Assembly: GCA_018333865.1 (NCBI GenBank)
Contig: JAGXSE010000061.1
Span: forward strand, 25,458 to 89,457
DNA from: Syntrophomonadaceae bacterium
GTDB lineage: Bacteria; Bacillota; PH28-bin88
Length of the DNA stretch: 64,000 nucleotides
Direction of reading: 5' to 3'
Below, piece by piece: positions 25,418 through 35,254 of the stretch (positions are counted from its first letter, which is position 1; each line of letters begins with the position of its first letter). The notes under the pieces were generated by a model. The model made no database searches, was not told the origin of the DNA, and saw only the letters and a program-made list of their open reading frames with translations. The position numbers and the translations under genes were made by a program.

Positions 25418-27490
25418 CTACGGCAACGACTGGCGACCGGCTACCGAATCCCAAAGGACTTCGGCCAGATCGACCACCTTAACCTGTTCTTCTGCCTCTT
25501 TGAATTTTACTCCGTCTTCCATCATGGTGAGACAGAAGGGACAGGCAGTACCGATGAGGTCTGGTTTACCCTCCAGGGCCTGTTCAGCCCGCATCAGATA
25601 AATTTTATTGCCTTCGGTTTCTTCCAGCCACATCCGGCCGCCGCCGGCCCCGCAACAGAAGCTCTGATCCAGGCGGCGGTCCATTTCGCTAAGCTTTATA
25701 CCCGGAGCAGACTGGAGGACCTGGCGCGGAGCATGGTAAATATCGTTATAGCGGCCAAGGTAGCAGGAGTCGTGATAGACTATCTTCTTGCCATTGACTG
25801 CCCCCGGTTTAAGCTTGCCTTGTTTGATCAGGTCGAGCAGGAACTCGCTGTGATGGATTACCCTGTAGTTCCCGCCAAACTGGGGGTAATCCTTGGACAG
25901 GGCGTTCAAACAGTGGGGACACTGGGTAACAATGGTCTTCACGCCATAATTGTTCATTGTCTCAATATTTTCCTGCGCCAGGGATTGAAAGAGGTACTCG
26001 TTTCCCAGGCGGCGGGCCGAATCGCCGCAGCACTTCTCTTCATTTCCCAAAATGGCAAAATTGACATCAGCCTTTTGCAATAGCTTAACAACAGCCGTTG
26101 CAACTTTCTTGTTCCGGTCATCGAAGGCGCCGGCACAGCCCGGCCAGTACAGGATCTCTGTTTCACTGTCCTCGGCCAGGGTTTTCACTCCCAGGCCCTC
26201 CGCCCAGTTCGCCCGGTTGGCCCAGCCTATTCCCCATGGGTTGCCGTTATTCTCCATGTTGCGGAAAGCCAACTGCATTTCGGATGGGAACCTGCTTTCC
26301 ATTAAAACCAGGTTCCGCCGCAATTCAATGGTTTTATCGATATGTTCCACATAGGCCGGACACTGTTCCTGACAGGCCCGGCAGGTGGTGCAGGCCCAAA
26401 TCTGGTCATCGGCAATGACATCTCCTGTTAACAGTCGTTCCAGCAAGGCCTGATCTGCTTCACTGGCAGCCGCCGCCTCATTTAACCCTTTTGCTCCCTG
26501 GGCAGCCTTTTTCTGGGCGGCTTGGGCCAGCAGCAAGGGGGCCTTCGCCTGCCAGTGTTCCTTCAAGTCCTGAGTCATCCGCTTCGGATTTAAGGATTTT
26601 CCGCTTAAGTGGGCCGGACAGTGGTCCTGGCAGCGCCCGCAGCGGATACAGGCATCGGGATCCAACAGCTGTTTCCAGGTAAACTCCTCTATTTTGGCCA
26701 CTCCGAAAGATTCCTGGGTCTCGTCCTCAAAATTGATGGGCTTAATGGTTCCCTTGGGGGAAAGGTCGCTGAAATACTGGTTGGCAGGAACCAGCACCAG
26801 GTGCACCAGCTTTGAATAGGGGATATAGGCGATAAAGCCCATGGCCAGGATCATGTGGAACCACCACAACACCCGGTGCGCCCCTTCCCATCCGCCCGAA
26901 CCGACCCCCCCCAGGAGGTTTGCCGTCAGGAGACCAACAGGGGACCACAGGGCCCAGGGGTCTCCCGCAGAAGCCATGCGCAGGCCCTGCAGCAAAAAGC
27001 CGGTGCAGATAATCACAAAAAGCATTAAGAGGACATAAGCATCCTCTGGTTTGTTGTCCAGCCGCTCAGGCCGCACAATATATCGGCGGTACCAGGCCAT
27101 CAGGATGCCGATCAAAACCATCGCCCCGGCAAGATCCATGGCCAGGGAAAACCACAGGTAAAAGGTCCCGCGGAGGGTGACAATGCCAAAATCGGCCTCC
27201 AGAAATACTAAGAAGGTACCAAAGGTCATCACCACAAAACCCCAGAAAATAAATAAGTGCATCAAGCCGGGGAAGGGATCTCTTAAGAGCCGGCGGTGGG
27301 CAAAAGTCTGGTTCAGCATCAGCATGAACCGTTCAGCCGGACGGTCAAACCTCATCTCCGCCTTGCCGGCTTTCCACATTTTGTAATGGCGGTGCATTCC
27401 TTTTAAAAAAAAGAACAGGGCTACTGCAAAGACCAGGTACATTAACAGGTATCCGTCAATATTCCAGTAAATCTCCCTGCTTGGTACCAA
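25418..27490 (-). CDS. Membrane-bound HdrD/DsrMK-like Fe-S oxidoreductase (NarI-like TM domain, 2x[4Fe-4S], two CCG domains)
   Basis: The N-terminal ~250 aa are polytopic. CIRCGRCQDHCP and CTTCRACQEQCP are ferredoxin-type motifs. EEKCCGDS and SFCCGAGGG are CCG motifs. TTG start 8 nt after AGGGGGA. Confidence 0.85.
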   Translation of the reverse strand: MVPSREIYWNIDGYLLMYLVFAVALFFFLKGMHRHYKMWKAGKAEMRFDRPAERFMLMLNQTFAHRRLLRDPFPGLMHLFIFWGFVVMTFGTFLVFLEADFGIVTLRGTFYLWFSLAMDLAGAMVLIGILMAWYRRYIVRPERLDNKPEDAYVLLMLFVIICTGFLLQGLRMASAGDPWALWSPVGLLTANLLGGVGSGGWEGAHRVLWWFHMILAMGFIAYIPYSKLVHLVLVPANQYFSDLSPKGTIKPINFEDETQESFGVAKIEEFTWKQLLDPDACIRCGRCQDHCPAHLSGKSLNPKRMTQDLKEHWQAKAPLLLAQAAQKKAAQGAKGLNEAAAASEADQALLERLLTGDVIADDQIWACTTCRACQEQCPAYVEHIDKTIELRRNLVLMESRFPSEMQLAFRNMENNGNPWGIGWANRANWAEGLGVKTLAEDSETEILYWPGCAGAFDDRNKKVATAVVKLLQKADVNFAILGNEEKCCGDSARRLGNEYLFQSLAQENIETMNNYGVKTIVTQCPHCLNALSKDYPQFGGNYRVIHHSEFLLDLIKQGKLKPGAVNGKKIVYHDSCYLGRYNDIYHAPRQVLQSAPGIKLSEMDRRLDQSFCCGAGGGRMWLEETEGNKIYLMRAEQALEGKPDLIGTACPFCLTMMEDGVKFKEAEEQVKVVDLAEVLWDSVAGRQSLP

Positions 27491-27704
27491 TACTCACATC
27501 CCCCTTCAAAAAACTAGCAGAATAGCAACAGGCCTACTTTGTAATTATCACCACCTTAGAGATAATTTCCATTTTCACAAGCTTGCTCTTTTTATTCGTC
27601 AGCCCGGCCCCGGATTCCTTCTTCCGGCAGCAGGTTCCCTTGACAAACCTATTTCCGTTTCTGCTTAGCACTCCAGCTTTTCCGCCAATGGGAACGCACT
27701 CCAA

Positions 27705-27738
27705 CTAAAAAACTTACACCGCCCAAAAGCGGTGTAAG
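27705..27738 (-). terminator. Intrinsic terminator after the ctp protease gene
   Basis: On the minus strand, CTTACACCGC-ttttgg-GCGGTGTAAG is followed by TTTTTT. Confidence 0.75.
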
Positions 27739-27758
27739 CACAAGCGACCGATATAGCA

Positions 27759-28934
27759 TCAAGGCCTCATTTTAGTTCTTAAGACCTCAATCGCTCTTCT
27801 TAACTGGGGATCTTTTACGGGGTCCGGCGCATGCATCAGCACCTGGGCAGCCTTCTCTCCCTCCAGAGTCACCACAACATCGGGTTCGATTCCCTTTTTG
27901 TCGATGTCATGCCTGGCAGGTGTCAAGTATTTATCCGTTGTTAGTTTTACGGCTGCTCCGCCCTCCATTCTGAACAAGGTCTGCACCAAGCCCTTGCCAA
28001 AAGTCTTTTCTCCGACTATTACCCCGACACCGCTGTCCTTGATGGCGCCAGCCAAGATTTCGGACGCACTGGCACTGCCGCTGTTTGTCAGGACAACCAA
28101 AGGCAATCCCAGGGCCTTGTCATCAGCTTTATGCTGGTGGGAGCGGAACCTGCCTGATATATGCACAATGGGACCCTCAGCCACAAAGTAATCTGCTACC
28201 TGAACAGCTGCCCCTAAATAGCCGCCAGGATTGTTGCGCAAATCTAAGATTACTCCCTTGAGACCAGACTGCCTCATTTCATCCAACAGGGTGCCTACAT
28301 CCCGGCCGGTATGCTCATTGAAGGTGGTCAGGTTAATATACCCAATCCCAGGGAAGCCTTCCAGCATCTTGCCCTCTACAGTCGGGATCTCGATAATCTC
28401 GCGGGTGATAGTGATTTCCCGTCTTTCTTTTTCCCCTTTACGCCCAACGGTAAGATTAACCTTGGTCCCCGGTTTGCCCTGCATCATGCTGGCTGCCCTT
28501 TCCAATTCCATTCCGGCAGTATCCTCTTGTTCGATGCGGAGGATAATATCTCCAGCCTGAATACCTGCCCGGTGAGCAGGGGTGCCTTTAAAAGGAGAAA
28601 CTACAATTAATCGCTTCTCCTCATCCAGGCCGATTAACAGGCCCACGCCGCCGTAGCTCCCGCTGATATGCTGTTCAATGCTCCGGTATTCCCTCGGTTC
28701 CAGAAATGCGGAATAAGGATCTTGCAAGGAGGCCACCATCCCCTTGACTGCCCCGGTAATCAGCTGAGGTGTGGTTACCGGCTGCAGGGCCTGGGTTTTG
28801 ATTAAGAAAACAGTCCTGATAGCATGCATCATTTCCTGGTGGCTGGTCAGGGCCAGCACTCCCAACAAGAGAGTGGAAACAAAACCCATCACGATCAGGA
28901 AATTGGTCAGCCACCCCCAAATTTTTTTCTTCAA
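27759..28934 (-). CDS. ctpA: Carboxy-terminal processing protease (S41) with PDZ
   Basis: TM anchor, PDZ (GIQAGDIILRIE) and S41 catalytic region (NSGSASASEILAGAIKD ... TFGKG). I place the start at TTG 28934, 5 nt after AGGTGGAG. Confidence 0.88.
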   Translation of the reverse strand: MKKKIWGWLTNFLIVMGFVSTLLLGVLALTSHQEMMHAIRTVFLIKTQALQPVTTPQLITGAVKGMVASLQDPYSAFLEPREYRSIEQHISGSYGGVGLLIGLDEEKRLIVVSPFKGTPAHRAGIQAGDIILRIEQEDTAGMELERAASMMQGKPGTKVNLTVGRKGEKERREITITREIIEIPTVEGKMLEGFPGIGYINLTTFNEHTGRDVGTLLDEMRQSGLKGVILDLRNNPGGYLGAAVQVADYFVAEGPIVHISGRFRSHQHKADDKALGLPLVVLTNSGSASASEILAGAIKDSGVGVIVGEKTFGKGLVQTLFRMEGGAAVKLTTDKYLTPARHDIDKKGIEPDVVVTLEGEKAAQVLMHAPDPVKDPQLRRAIEVLRTKMRP

Positions 28935-29065
28935 AATAACTCCACCTGCCGTTTCTGCATAGGCGTTGAAACCCACCCTTTCAGATTGTATGTATTTTCC
29001 ACATATAGTATGTGCTCCGCCGGTTAATCTTCCACATTATCTTTTATTATCCTGCCCGCTAAACG

Positions 29066-29100
29066 TCAGATATGCCGTACTTTGAGCACGGCATATCTGA
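29066..29100 (-). terminator. Perfect 13-bp stem hairpin downstream of the M23 peptidase gene (no clear U-tract)
   Basis: TCAGATATGCCGT-(9 nt)-ACGGCATATCTGA. Confidence 0.4.
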
Positions 29101-29167
29101 AACTGTTATCGCACATCTTCTTTCGGTGCCAATATAACCTCATAACTAGGCCCCGGCGCCTTATCCA

Positions 29168-30313
29168 TCAGCGCAAGTATTTCCAAGGATTTACATGCTC
29201 GCCTCTCTCCCTGACCTCAAAGTGCAAATGGGGTCCGGTACTGACGCCTGTGCTGCCTACCCTTCCAATAGCTTGTCCCCGTGTCACCTTCTGACCATCA
29301 TCAACTCCAATTACCGATAGGTGGGCGTAAGTGGTGGTAACTCCACCCCCATGGTCAATGACGACGGCTTTGCCGTAAGCCCCAAACCAGTCGGCCAGAA
29401 TCACCTGGCCCGCTTCGGCGGCTACCACCCTGGTACCGGTTGGCGCAGCGATATCAATGCCCTGGTGGAAGCGCCTGGCCCTCAATACCGGGTGCACCCG
29501 CCAGCCGTAGGGTGAGGTAATCCTGGTATGTTCGGGAACAGGCCAGGTCATTTTCCCACCTATGTATTGCCCGCTTTTGGAAGCCAGTTCCCGGATGCGG
29601 CCTGCCAGTTTGGCGCCATCCGCTTCTAATTCAGCCAGGGACTTCTCAATAGCTGCCTTATCGTTTCTTAGCTTGCCGATCAACCTTTCTCGTTCTATTT
29701 TCTGGCTTTCCAGGCGAGCCAACTGCTGTTCCGTCCTCTTTTTCAGCTGGGCTATCTCATCCCGGCGATCCTCCAGGTTGGTCTTTTTAATTTCCACATC
29801 CTGCCTTTTGGATTCAATTGCATTTAGCAGGGCAATATCCTGATCGGCTATCTTTTTTAATAAGTCAAAACGCACCAGAAAGTCGGTCATGCTGGTAGAC
29901 TGGACCAGAACCTCCAGGTAATCCACCCTGCCGTTAATATAGATTTCTTTTAGCCGGGCCCGGAAGATATTGGTCCGGTTATCCAGAGCGTCTTCTGCTT
30001 CCCGCAGTTCCCTTTCCGCTCTGGTTACCCGGGTCTGTGCATTCCGCAACTGGTTCTGCAGGTGATTAATATCCTTTTCTGTTCTGTCAATGCTTTCTTC
30101 CACCGCTCTTAACTGGCCGGAAATATTGGAGATCTGCCGGTCAGCCTGACGGATTAACTGGCGGTTTTGTTCAATCGCCCGCTGAATCCGGGTTTGTTCC
30201 TGGCGCAGCCTTTCCAGTTCAGATCCGTATACCGGCCACACCATCGCACTGAACAGAAAACCCAGGAGCAAAACCACCGTCCACCATCTTTTGCCATTAC
30301 CTATCCAGCCCAA
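29168..30313 (-). CDS. Coiled-coil M23 (LytM) peptidase, EnvC/PcsB-like partner of FtsEX
   Basis: Signal/TM segment, about 230 aa of coiled coil, then an M23 domain (HQGIDIAAPTGT, HLHFEV). It lies directly downstream of ftsX. I place the start at TTG 30313 after GGGGAGGG. The track start is 30331. Confidence 0.88.
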   Translation of the reverse strand: MGWIGNGKRWWTVVLLLGFLFSAMVWPVYGSELERLRQEQTRIQRAIEQNRQLIRQADRQISNISGQLRAVEESIDRTEKDINHLQNQLRNAQTRVTRAERELREAEDALDNRTNIFRARLKEIYINGRVDYLEVLVQSTSMTDFLVRFDLLKKIADQDIALLNAIESKRQDVEIKKTNLEDRRDEIAQLKKRTEQQLARLESQKIERERLIGKLRNDKAAIEKSLAELEADGAKLAGRIRELASKSGQYIGGKMTWPVPEHTRITSPYGWRVHPVLRARRFHQGIDIAAPTGTRVVAAEAGQVILADWFGAYGKAVVIDHGGGVTTTYAHLSVIGVDDGQKVTRGQAIGRVGSTGVSTGPHLHFEVRERGEHVNPWKYLR

Positions 30314-30338
30314 AGCTCTTTCCCTCCCCAAAAACCTG

Positions 30339-31226
30339 TTATACCCGCAAGAAGCGGTGAACGGAAACAGCGCTGCCCACAGCTCCTACACATACTCCTG
30401 CAGCCAAAAGCAAAAATAGCATCCTGCCGACCGATTGGATGTCAGTTATTATTGGCAGAAACGGTACAATATTAGCCACACTATCCACCAGCAAGGTATA
30501 CGTCCCATACAAGGCCAGTATTGACACCAGCGCCCCCGCCAGACCCAAGAAAACCCCTTCCAGGAAAAAAGGCCAGCGCACAAACCAGTCACTTGCCCCA
30601 ACCCATTTCGCAATGGCTATCTCCCGGCGCCGGGCAAAAACCGTCAGGCGGACAGTAATCGCAATGAGGAATATCGCCGCCAAAGAAACCAGCGCCATGG
30701 TTACCAACCCAACCATCCTGACCCAGGTCAACAGGCTTAATAACCGGGTCACCGCCCCTGCTCCGAAATCCACTTTCTCTACCAGATCCATCCCGGCCAT
30801 TAAATTGGCCAGCTCCTGCACCTGGTTTGGGTCAACAGCCTTTACGCGGAAATAGTCAGGCAAAGGATTAACCCCGCCGACAGCAGCCAAAAGGTCTTTA
30901 TTATCCCCCCAGCGTTTGCTTAACTGGTCCAGGGCCTCCTCCTTTGTTACCAAGACCACTTCCGCCACTTGGGGCAACCTGGCGATCTCGTCTTTTAAAC
31001 TAATCGACTTTTCCCGTGGTGTATCAACCTGCAAATAAACGGCTATTTCGATGCTTGCCTCCAGTTCTTGCGCGATATAATTTGCATTCATGATCACCAG
31101 CAAAAAGGCTCCTAAAACAAACAAGGCGATAGCTACAGTGGCAACGGAAGCCAAGCTCATCCACCCGTTACGGCGGGTCGACTTGGCTGCCTGGCGCAAA
31201 AAATAGCTAACGGTTCTAAGCTTCAA
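30339..31226 (-). CDS. ftsX: Cell-division ABC transporter permease FtsX
   Basis: 295 aa with four TM helices and a large first extracellular loop. Its start overlaps the ftsE stop. Confidence 0.9.
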   Translation of the reverse strand: MKLRTVSYFLRQAAKSTRRNGWMSLASVATVAIALFVLGAFLLVIMNANYIAQELEASIEIAVYLQVDTPREKSISLKDEIARLPQVAEVVLVTKEEALDQLSKRWGDNKDLLAAVGGVNPLPDYFRVKAVDPNQVQELANLMAGMDLVEKVDFGAGAVTRLLSLLTWVRMVGLVTMALVSLAAIFLIAITVRLTVFARRREIAIAKWVGASDWFVRWPFFLEGVFLGLAGALVSILALYGTYTLLVDSVANIVPFLPIITDIQSVGRMLFLLLAAGVCVGAVGSAVSVHRFLRV

Positions 31227-31902
31227 GGCGGTATCCCCCTTTCCGCTCGTCCTTTGCCATCCGGCCGTTATCCAGGGCGATTACCCTTTTCCGCAGGGAA
31301 TTTACGATCTGGCGGTTATGGGTTGCCACAACCACTGTGGTTCCTTTCTTATGGATATCGCTGAACAGCTCCATTATTTGCCAGGATGTATCCTGGTCAA
31401 GATTGCCGGTCGGCTCATCCGCTACCAAAATCCGCGGATTATTGACAATAGCCCTGGCGATAGCCACCCGCTGCTGTTCCCCTCCTGACAGCTGGTGGGG
31501 AAATGCCTTCTCTTTTCCTTCCAGGCCTACCAGCTGGAGGGCTTGCGGCACCCGCTGGGCGACCTCCTTGCAGGAGCATTCCAGGACTTCCATGGCGAAA
31601 GCAACGTTTTCGAAGGCTGTACGGTCAGCTAACAGACGGAAATCCTGAAAAACTACCCCCATATTGCGCCGCAGCAAGCAGATCTCCGACTTTTTCAACC
31701 GCAAAATACTGCGGCCGGAAATCATGATCTGTCCCCGCGTTGGCAGTTCTTCCCGGAACAAGAGCTTGAGGAAAGTGGATTTTCCGGCCCCGCTTGGCCC
31801 CATCAGGAAAACAAACTCTCCTTTTTCAACAGACAGGCTGATATCTTTAAGGGCATATGAGTTATCACCATATACCTTGCTGACGTTAAACATTTGAATC
31901 AA
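31216..31902 (-). CDS. ftsE: Cell-division ATP-binding protein FtsE
   Basis: GPSGAGKST, LSGGEQQRVAIARA and LVADEPTGNLD motifs. I place the start at TTG 31902 (MIQMFNVSKVY), 5 nt after GGGGTGGG. Confidence 0.92.
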   Translation of the reverse strand: MIQMFNVSKVYGDNSYALKDISLSVEKGEFVFLMGPSGAGKSTFLKLLFREELPTRGQIMISGRSILRLKKSEICLLRRNMGVVFQDFRLLADRTAFENVAFAMEVLECSCKEVAQRVPQALQLVGLEGKEKAFPHQLSGGEQQRVAIARAIVNNPRILVADEPTGNLDQDTSWQIMELFSDIHKKGTTVVVATHNRQIVNSLRKRVIALDNGRMAKDERKGGYRLEA

Positions 31903-31965
31903 TTTAACCCACCCCCGGCCACCCTTTTTGGATTCAACTGGGTCGACAGATTGACACAACTGTCG

Positions 31966-31993
31966 TTTTAAAAGGATTTTCGACAGAAAATCC
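31966..31993 (-). terminator. Weak terminator after transketolase genes
   Basis: GGATTTT-ctgtcg-AAAATCC followed by TTTT on the minus strand. Confidence 0.45.
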
Positions 31994-32064
31994 CGGAATC
32001 CTCCCGGAAAACAGACATTTCATGTAAGCTATCGCAGGGGATGGATGGAATCTTTTCTATTCTT

Positions 32065-33033
32065 TTAGAACGCGGAATCTCCCCATAAAGATATGGCTTT
32101 CTTGCGGGCGATTGCCCTTTCCACTTTAGCCACAATTCCCCCAGCCGTTAATCCATATTTTTCCAGCAATTCCTCCGGCAAACCGGATTCTCCGAAGGTA
32201 TCCTCCACTCCCAGCCGCTCCAAGGGGACAGGACAATGCTCCCCCAAGACTTCAGCCACAGCGCCGCCCAGGCCCCCAATTACACTGTGCTCCTCTGCTG
32301 TAACCACTGCCTTGGTTTGCCGGGCAGCCTCCACCACACTTTTTACATCCAAGGGTTTGATGGTGGAAATATTTATCACCGTAACCTGGATGCCTTGATC
32401 GGCCAGTGTTTCCGCCGCCTGCAAGGCCTTTGCCACCAGTACCCCGCAGGCAAGAACGGCAGCGTCATCTCCCTGGCGCAAAACACTGGCTTTGCCCAGT
32501 TCAAACCGGTAGCCGGAGTCGTAAATTTGCGGCACACCCGCCCGCCCTAGCCGGATATAGAAGGGACCCGGACTGGCTGCTGCCGTCTTGATAGCCTGGG
32601 CTGTCTCCTCGGCATCGGCAGGAACCAGAACTCTCATCCCAGGGAGTACCCGCATCAAAGCGATATCCTCTATGGACTGGTGGGAACCGCCGTCTTCTCC
32701 CACAGTGACCCCGGCATGGGTAGCGGCAATCTTAACCGGTAACCAAGGATAAACAATAGTATTGCGCACCTGTTCAAAAGCCCGGCCTGCAGCAAAGATG
32801 GCAAAGGTGCTGACAAAGGGTATTTTCCCGGCTGCAGCCAGGCCGGCTGCCGTTCCCATCAGATTCTGCTCCGCAATCCCCATGTTAAAAAAGCGGTGCG
32901 GGAATTCTTTGTAAAACTCGACGGTTTTGGTCGACTTGGACAGGTCAGCGTCCAACACGACAATGTCCGGGTTTTCCCGGCCCAATTCTACCAGTGTGCG
33001 GCCATAGGCATCCCTGGTGGCAATCTTTTTCAC
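32065..33033 (-). CDS. Transketolase, C-terminal (pyrimidine-binding) subunit
   Basis: 322 aa. The split-transketolase architecture is typical of Clostridia. The GTG start overlaps the stop of the N-terminal subunit by 1 nt. Confidence 0.92.
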   Translation of the reverse strand: MKKIATRDAYGRTLVELGRENPDIVVLDADLSKSTKTVEFYKEFPHRFFNMGIAEQNLMGTAAGLAAAGKIPFVSTFAIFAAGRAFEQVRNTIVYPWLPVKIAATHAGVTVGEDGGSHQSIEDIALMRVLPGMRVLVPADAEETAQAIKTAAASPGPFYIRLGRAGVPQIYDSGYRFELGKASVLRQGDDAAVLACGVLVAKALQAAETLADQGIQVTVINISTIKPLDVKSVVEAARQTKAVVTAEEHSVIGGLGGAVAEVLGEHCPVPLERLGVEDTFGESGLPEELLEKYGLTAGGIVAKVERAIARKKAISLWGDSAF

Positions 33034-33866
33034 TAGGCACCCCTCCCGTCATTCAGTTCAGCCAATGCCCGCTCCAGGTCGTCCCTGGCAGGAGTCACCC
33101 CGTGCCAGCCCACCTGGTTTTCCATAAATGAAACACCTTTGCCCTTAACCGTCTTGCCGATGATTATTGTGGGTTTGCCCTTTATTGTCTTTGCTTCCGC
33201 CAAAGCGGAGAGGATCTGCCTGAAGTCATGACCATCGATGCCGATTACATGCCAACCGAAAGCCTGCCACTTGTCCGCCAGCGGTTCCGGGTTCATCACC
33301 TCTGCCACCGGCCCGTCAATTTGCAGCCCGTTATGGTCCAAAAAGGCGGTCACCCTGTCCAGCTTGTAATGGGCCGCAGCCATGGCCGCTTCCCAGACCA
33401 TCCCCTCCTGCACCTCTCCATCTCCCAGCATCACATAAACCCGGTAATCCTGTTTGTTTAGCCTGCCCGCAAGGGCCATCCCGTTAGCCACCGCCAGCCC
33501 CTGGCCCAAGGAACCGGTGGATATTTCCACCCCCGGGGTTTTTTTCATGTCCGGATGCCCTTGCAGCATGCTTCCCAATTTGCGCAACCTTCCAAGTTCT
33601 TCCACAGGGAAATAGCCCCTTTCCGCTAAAACCGCATATAAAAGAGGCGCCGCATGACCTTTGGAGAGGATAAAACGGTCCCGGTCCGGCCAGGCCGGGT
33701 TTTTCGGGTCATGGCGCAGTTCATGCCAGTAAAGGGCTGTGAGATAATCCACCCCGGAAAGAGAGCCGCCGGTATGGCCGGATCCGGCTTGGGCCAGCAT
33801 TTCCAATATCCGGCAGCGGACTTTTCTTGCCTGCTCCTCTAAATTCTTAATCAGGTTTTCGTCCAT
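33033..33866 (-). CDS. Transketolase, N-terminal (TPP-binding) subunit
   Basis: GSGHTGGSLS, GSLGQGL and GDGEVQEG motifs. ATG 33866 (MDENLIKNL) lies 8 nt after AAGGAGG. Confidence 0.92.
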   Translation of the reverse strand: MDENLIKNLEEQARKVRCRILEMLAQAGSGHTGGSLSGVDYLTALYWHELRHDPKNPAWPDRDRFILSKGHAAPLLYAVLAERGYFPVEELGRLRKLGSMLQGHPDMKKTPGVEISTGSLGQGLAVANGMALAGRLNKQDYRVYVMLGDGEVQEGMVWEAAMAAAHYKLDRVTAFLDHNGLQIDGPVAEVMNPEPLADKWQAFGWHVIGIDGHDFRQILSALAEAKTIKGKPTIIIGKTVKGKGVSFMENQVGWHGVTPARDDLERALAELNDGRGA

Positions 33867-33919
33867 AATATATTCCTCCTTGCCCAGCTGGCAACTTGAT
33901 CTAAAGGCCAAGCAGATCA

Positions 33920-34780
33920 TTATCCCCCCCGCATTTCTTTGAATCCCTCTCCCAAGGCCTCATGTACATTAGTAACAACCATGAAGGCCCGGGGATCTAT
34001 CCGGGCAACCAGATTTTTTAATTTAGTCACTTCCGGTCGGCTGACCACACATAAAAGGACTTCGCGACTGGTGCCGGTGTAAATGCCTCTGCCCTGCAAA
34101 CCGGTTGCCCCCCGGTCCATTTCCAGGAGGATGGCCTGGCCAATTTCTAAGTTTCGTTCGGAAATAATCAGGGCTGCCTTGAAATATCCCACGCCTTCCT
34201 GCACCAGGTCGATTACCCGGGCAGTTATAAAAAGGGATAAAAGAGCGTACAAGGCCAATTCCAGGGAGAAAACTAATCCGGCCAAAGCGATCACCAGACC
34301 GTCAATAACTACCAAGGCAAAGCCTGAACTAATTTTTACCCAATGGCGGGCAATCTGAGCTGCCAGGTCAGTACCTCCGGTAGTACCTCCGGCCCGGAAA
34401 ACCACCCCTAAACCCGCGCCGACCAGGATGCCGCCATAAATTGAGGCTAAAAGGGGATCTTCTGTAGGTGCCGCGACAATGGGTTTCAGGAGATCGATCG
34501 AGACAGACAATAGGATTGTTCCAAAAAAAGACTTGGCGGCAAATGCCCATCCCAGCTGCCTAAAGCCGATCATGAACAGAGGAATATTTAAAGCCAGCAT
34601 GGTCAGGCCCACTGGCAGGCCTGCCACATAAAAAATGATGGTTGCCAGCCCGCTTACCCCCCCGGGCGCGATTTTGTTCGGAATCAAAAAAACAGCCAGC
34701 CCGATGGCCAGCACAATACTTCCAAAGGCCACCATCAAGTAGTCCCATAGATGTTTAGCATATTCGGGTGATTTAATCAT
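33920..34780 (-). CDS. YitT-family membrane protein (DUF2179 C-terminal domain)
   Basis: Five or six TM helices with repeated GG(V/T)xG motifs (APGGVSGLA, GGTTGGTDL) and a soluble C-terminal domain. Confidence 0.85.
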   Translation of the reverse strand: MIKSPEYAKHLWDYLMVAFGSIVLAIGLAVFLIPNKIAPGGVSGLATIIFYVAGLPVGLTMLALNIPLFMIGFRQLGWAFAAKSFFGTILLSVSIDLLKPIVAAPTEDPLLASIYGGILVGAGLGVVFRAGGTTGGTDLAAQIARHWVKISSGFALVVIDGLVIALAGLVFSLELALYALLSLFITARVIDLVQEGVGYFKAALIISERNLEIGQAILLEMDRGATGLQGRGIYTGTSREVLLCVVSRPEVTKLKNLVARIDPRAFMVVTNVHEALGEGFKEMRGG

Positions 34781-34989
34781 TGTCTTCACTCCCAGTGCCT
34801 TTTTTCAGCCATAGTTTGCCTCCTCCGGAGATTAATAACCAGCTGATTTCTTTCGGCATTATTCGCCATTTTCCTTTTTTCCCAATTTGTTTTGGGAATC
34901 TGTCCTTTCACAGTAACCTTCCGGTCTTCATGCTAATATACTGTACTGTGGTGCGGATTGGGAAAAACTGATAAAGGAGGAAATTAAAA

Positions 34990-35085
34990 ATGGAAACTCA
35001 AAGCGGTATCCTTGGCGGGCTTTTAGGCGGCAATAGGCTGCTTTTAATCTTCTTGCTGATCCTTTTCCTGTTCGACTTCAAATAA
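34990..35085 (+). CDS. Unannotated 31-aa hydrophobic micro-protein METQSGILGGLLGGNRLLLIFLLILFLFDFK
   Basis: ATG lies 9 nt after AAAGGAGG. The last 15 shared residues are identical to the second micro-ORF, although 7 codons differ synonymously. Confidence 0.6.
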   Translation: METQSGILGGLLGGNRLLLIFLLILFLFDFK

Positions 35086-35254
35086 GCCTATCCGGAAGCA
35101 GGATGCATAAAAAGCATACCAGCATTAACCAATCAGGGGTGCCATCGGCACCTCTTAAAACTTTCTAACCGCTCAAAAAGTAACACCCTGGGCCAAAGCT
35201 AAATATAATGTTATAAAGCCATGGTCCAGCAATACTATGTGAGGAGGGTTTAAA

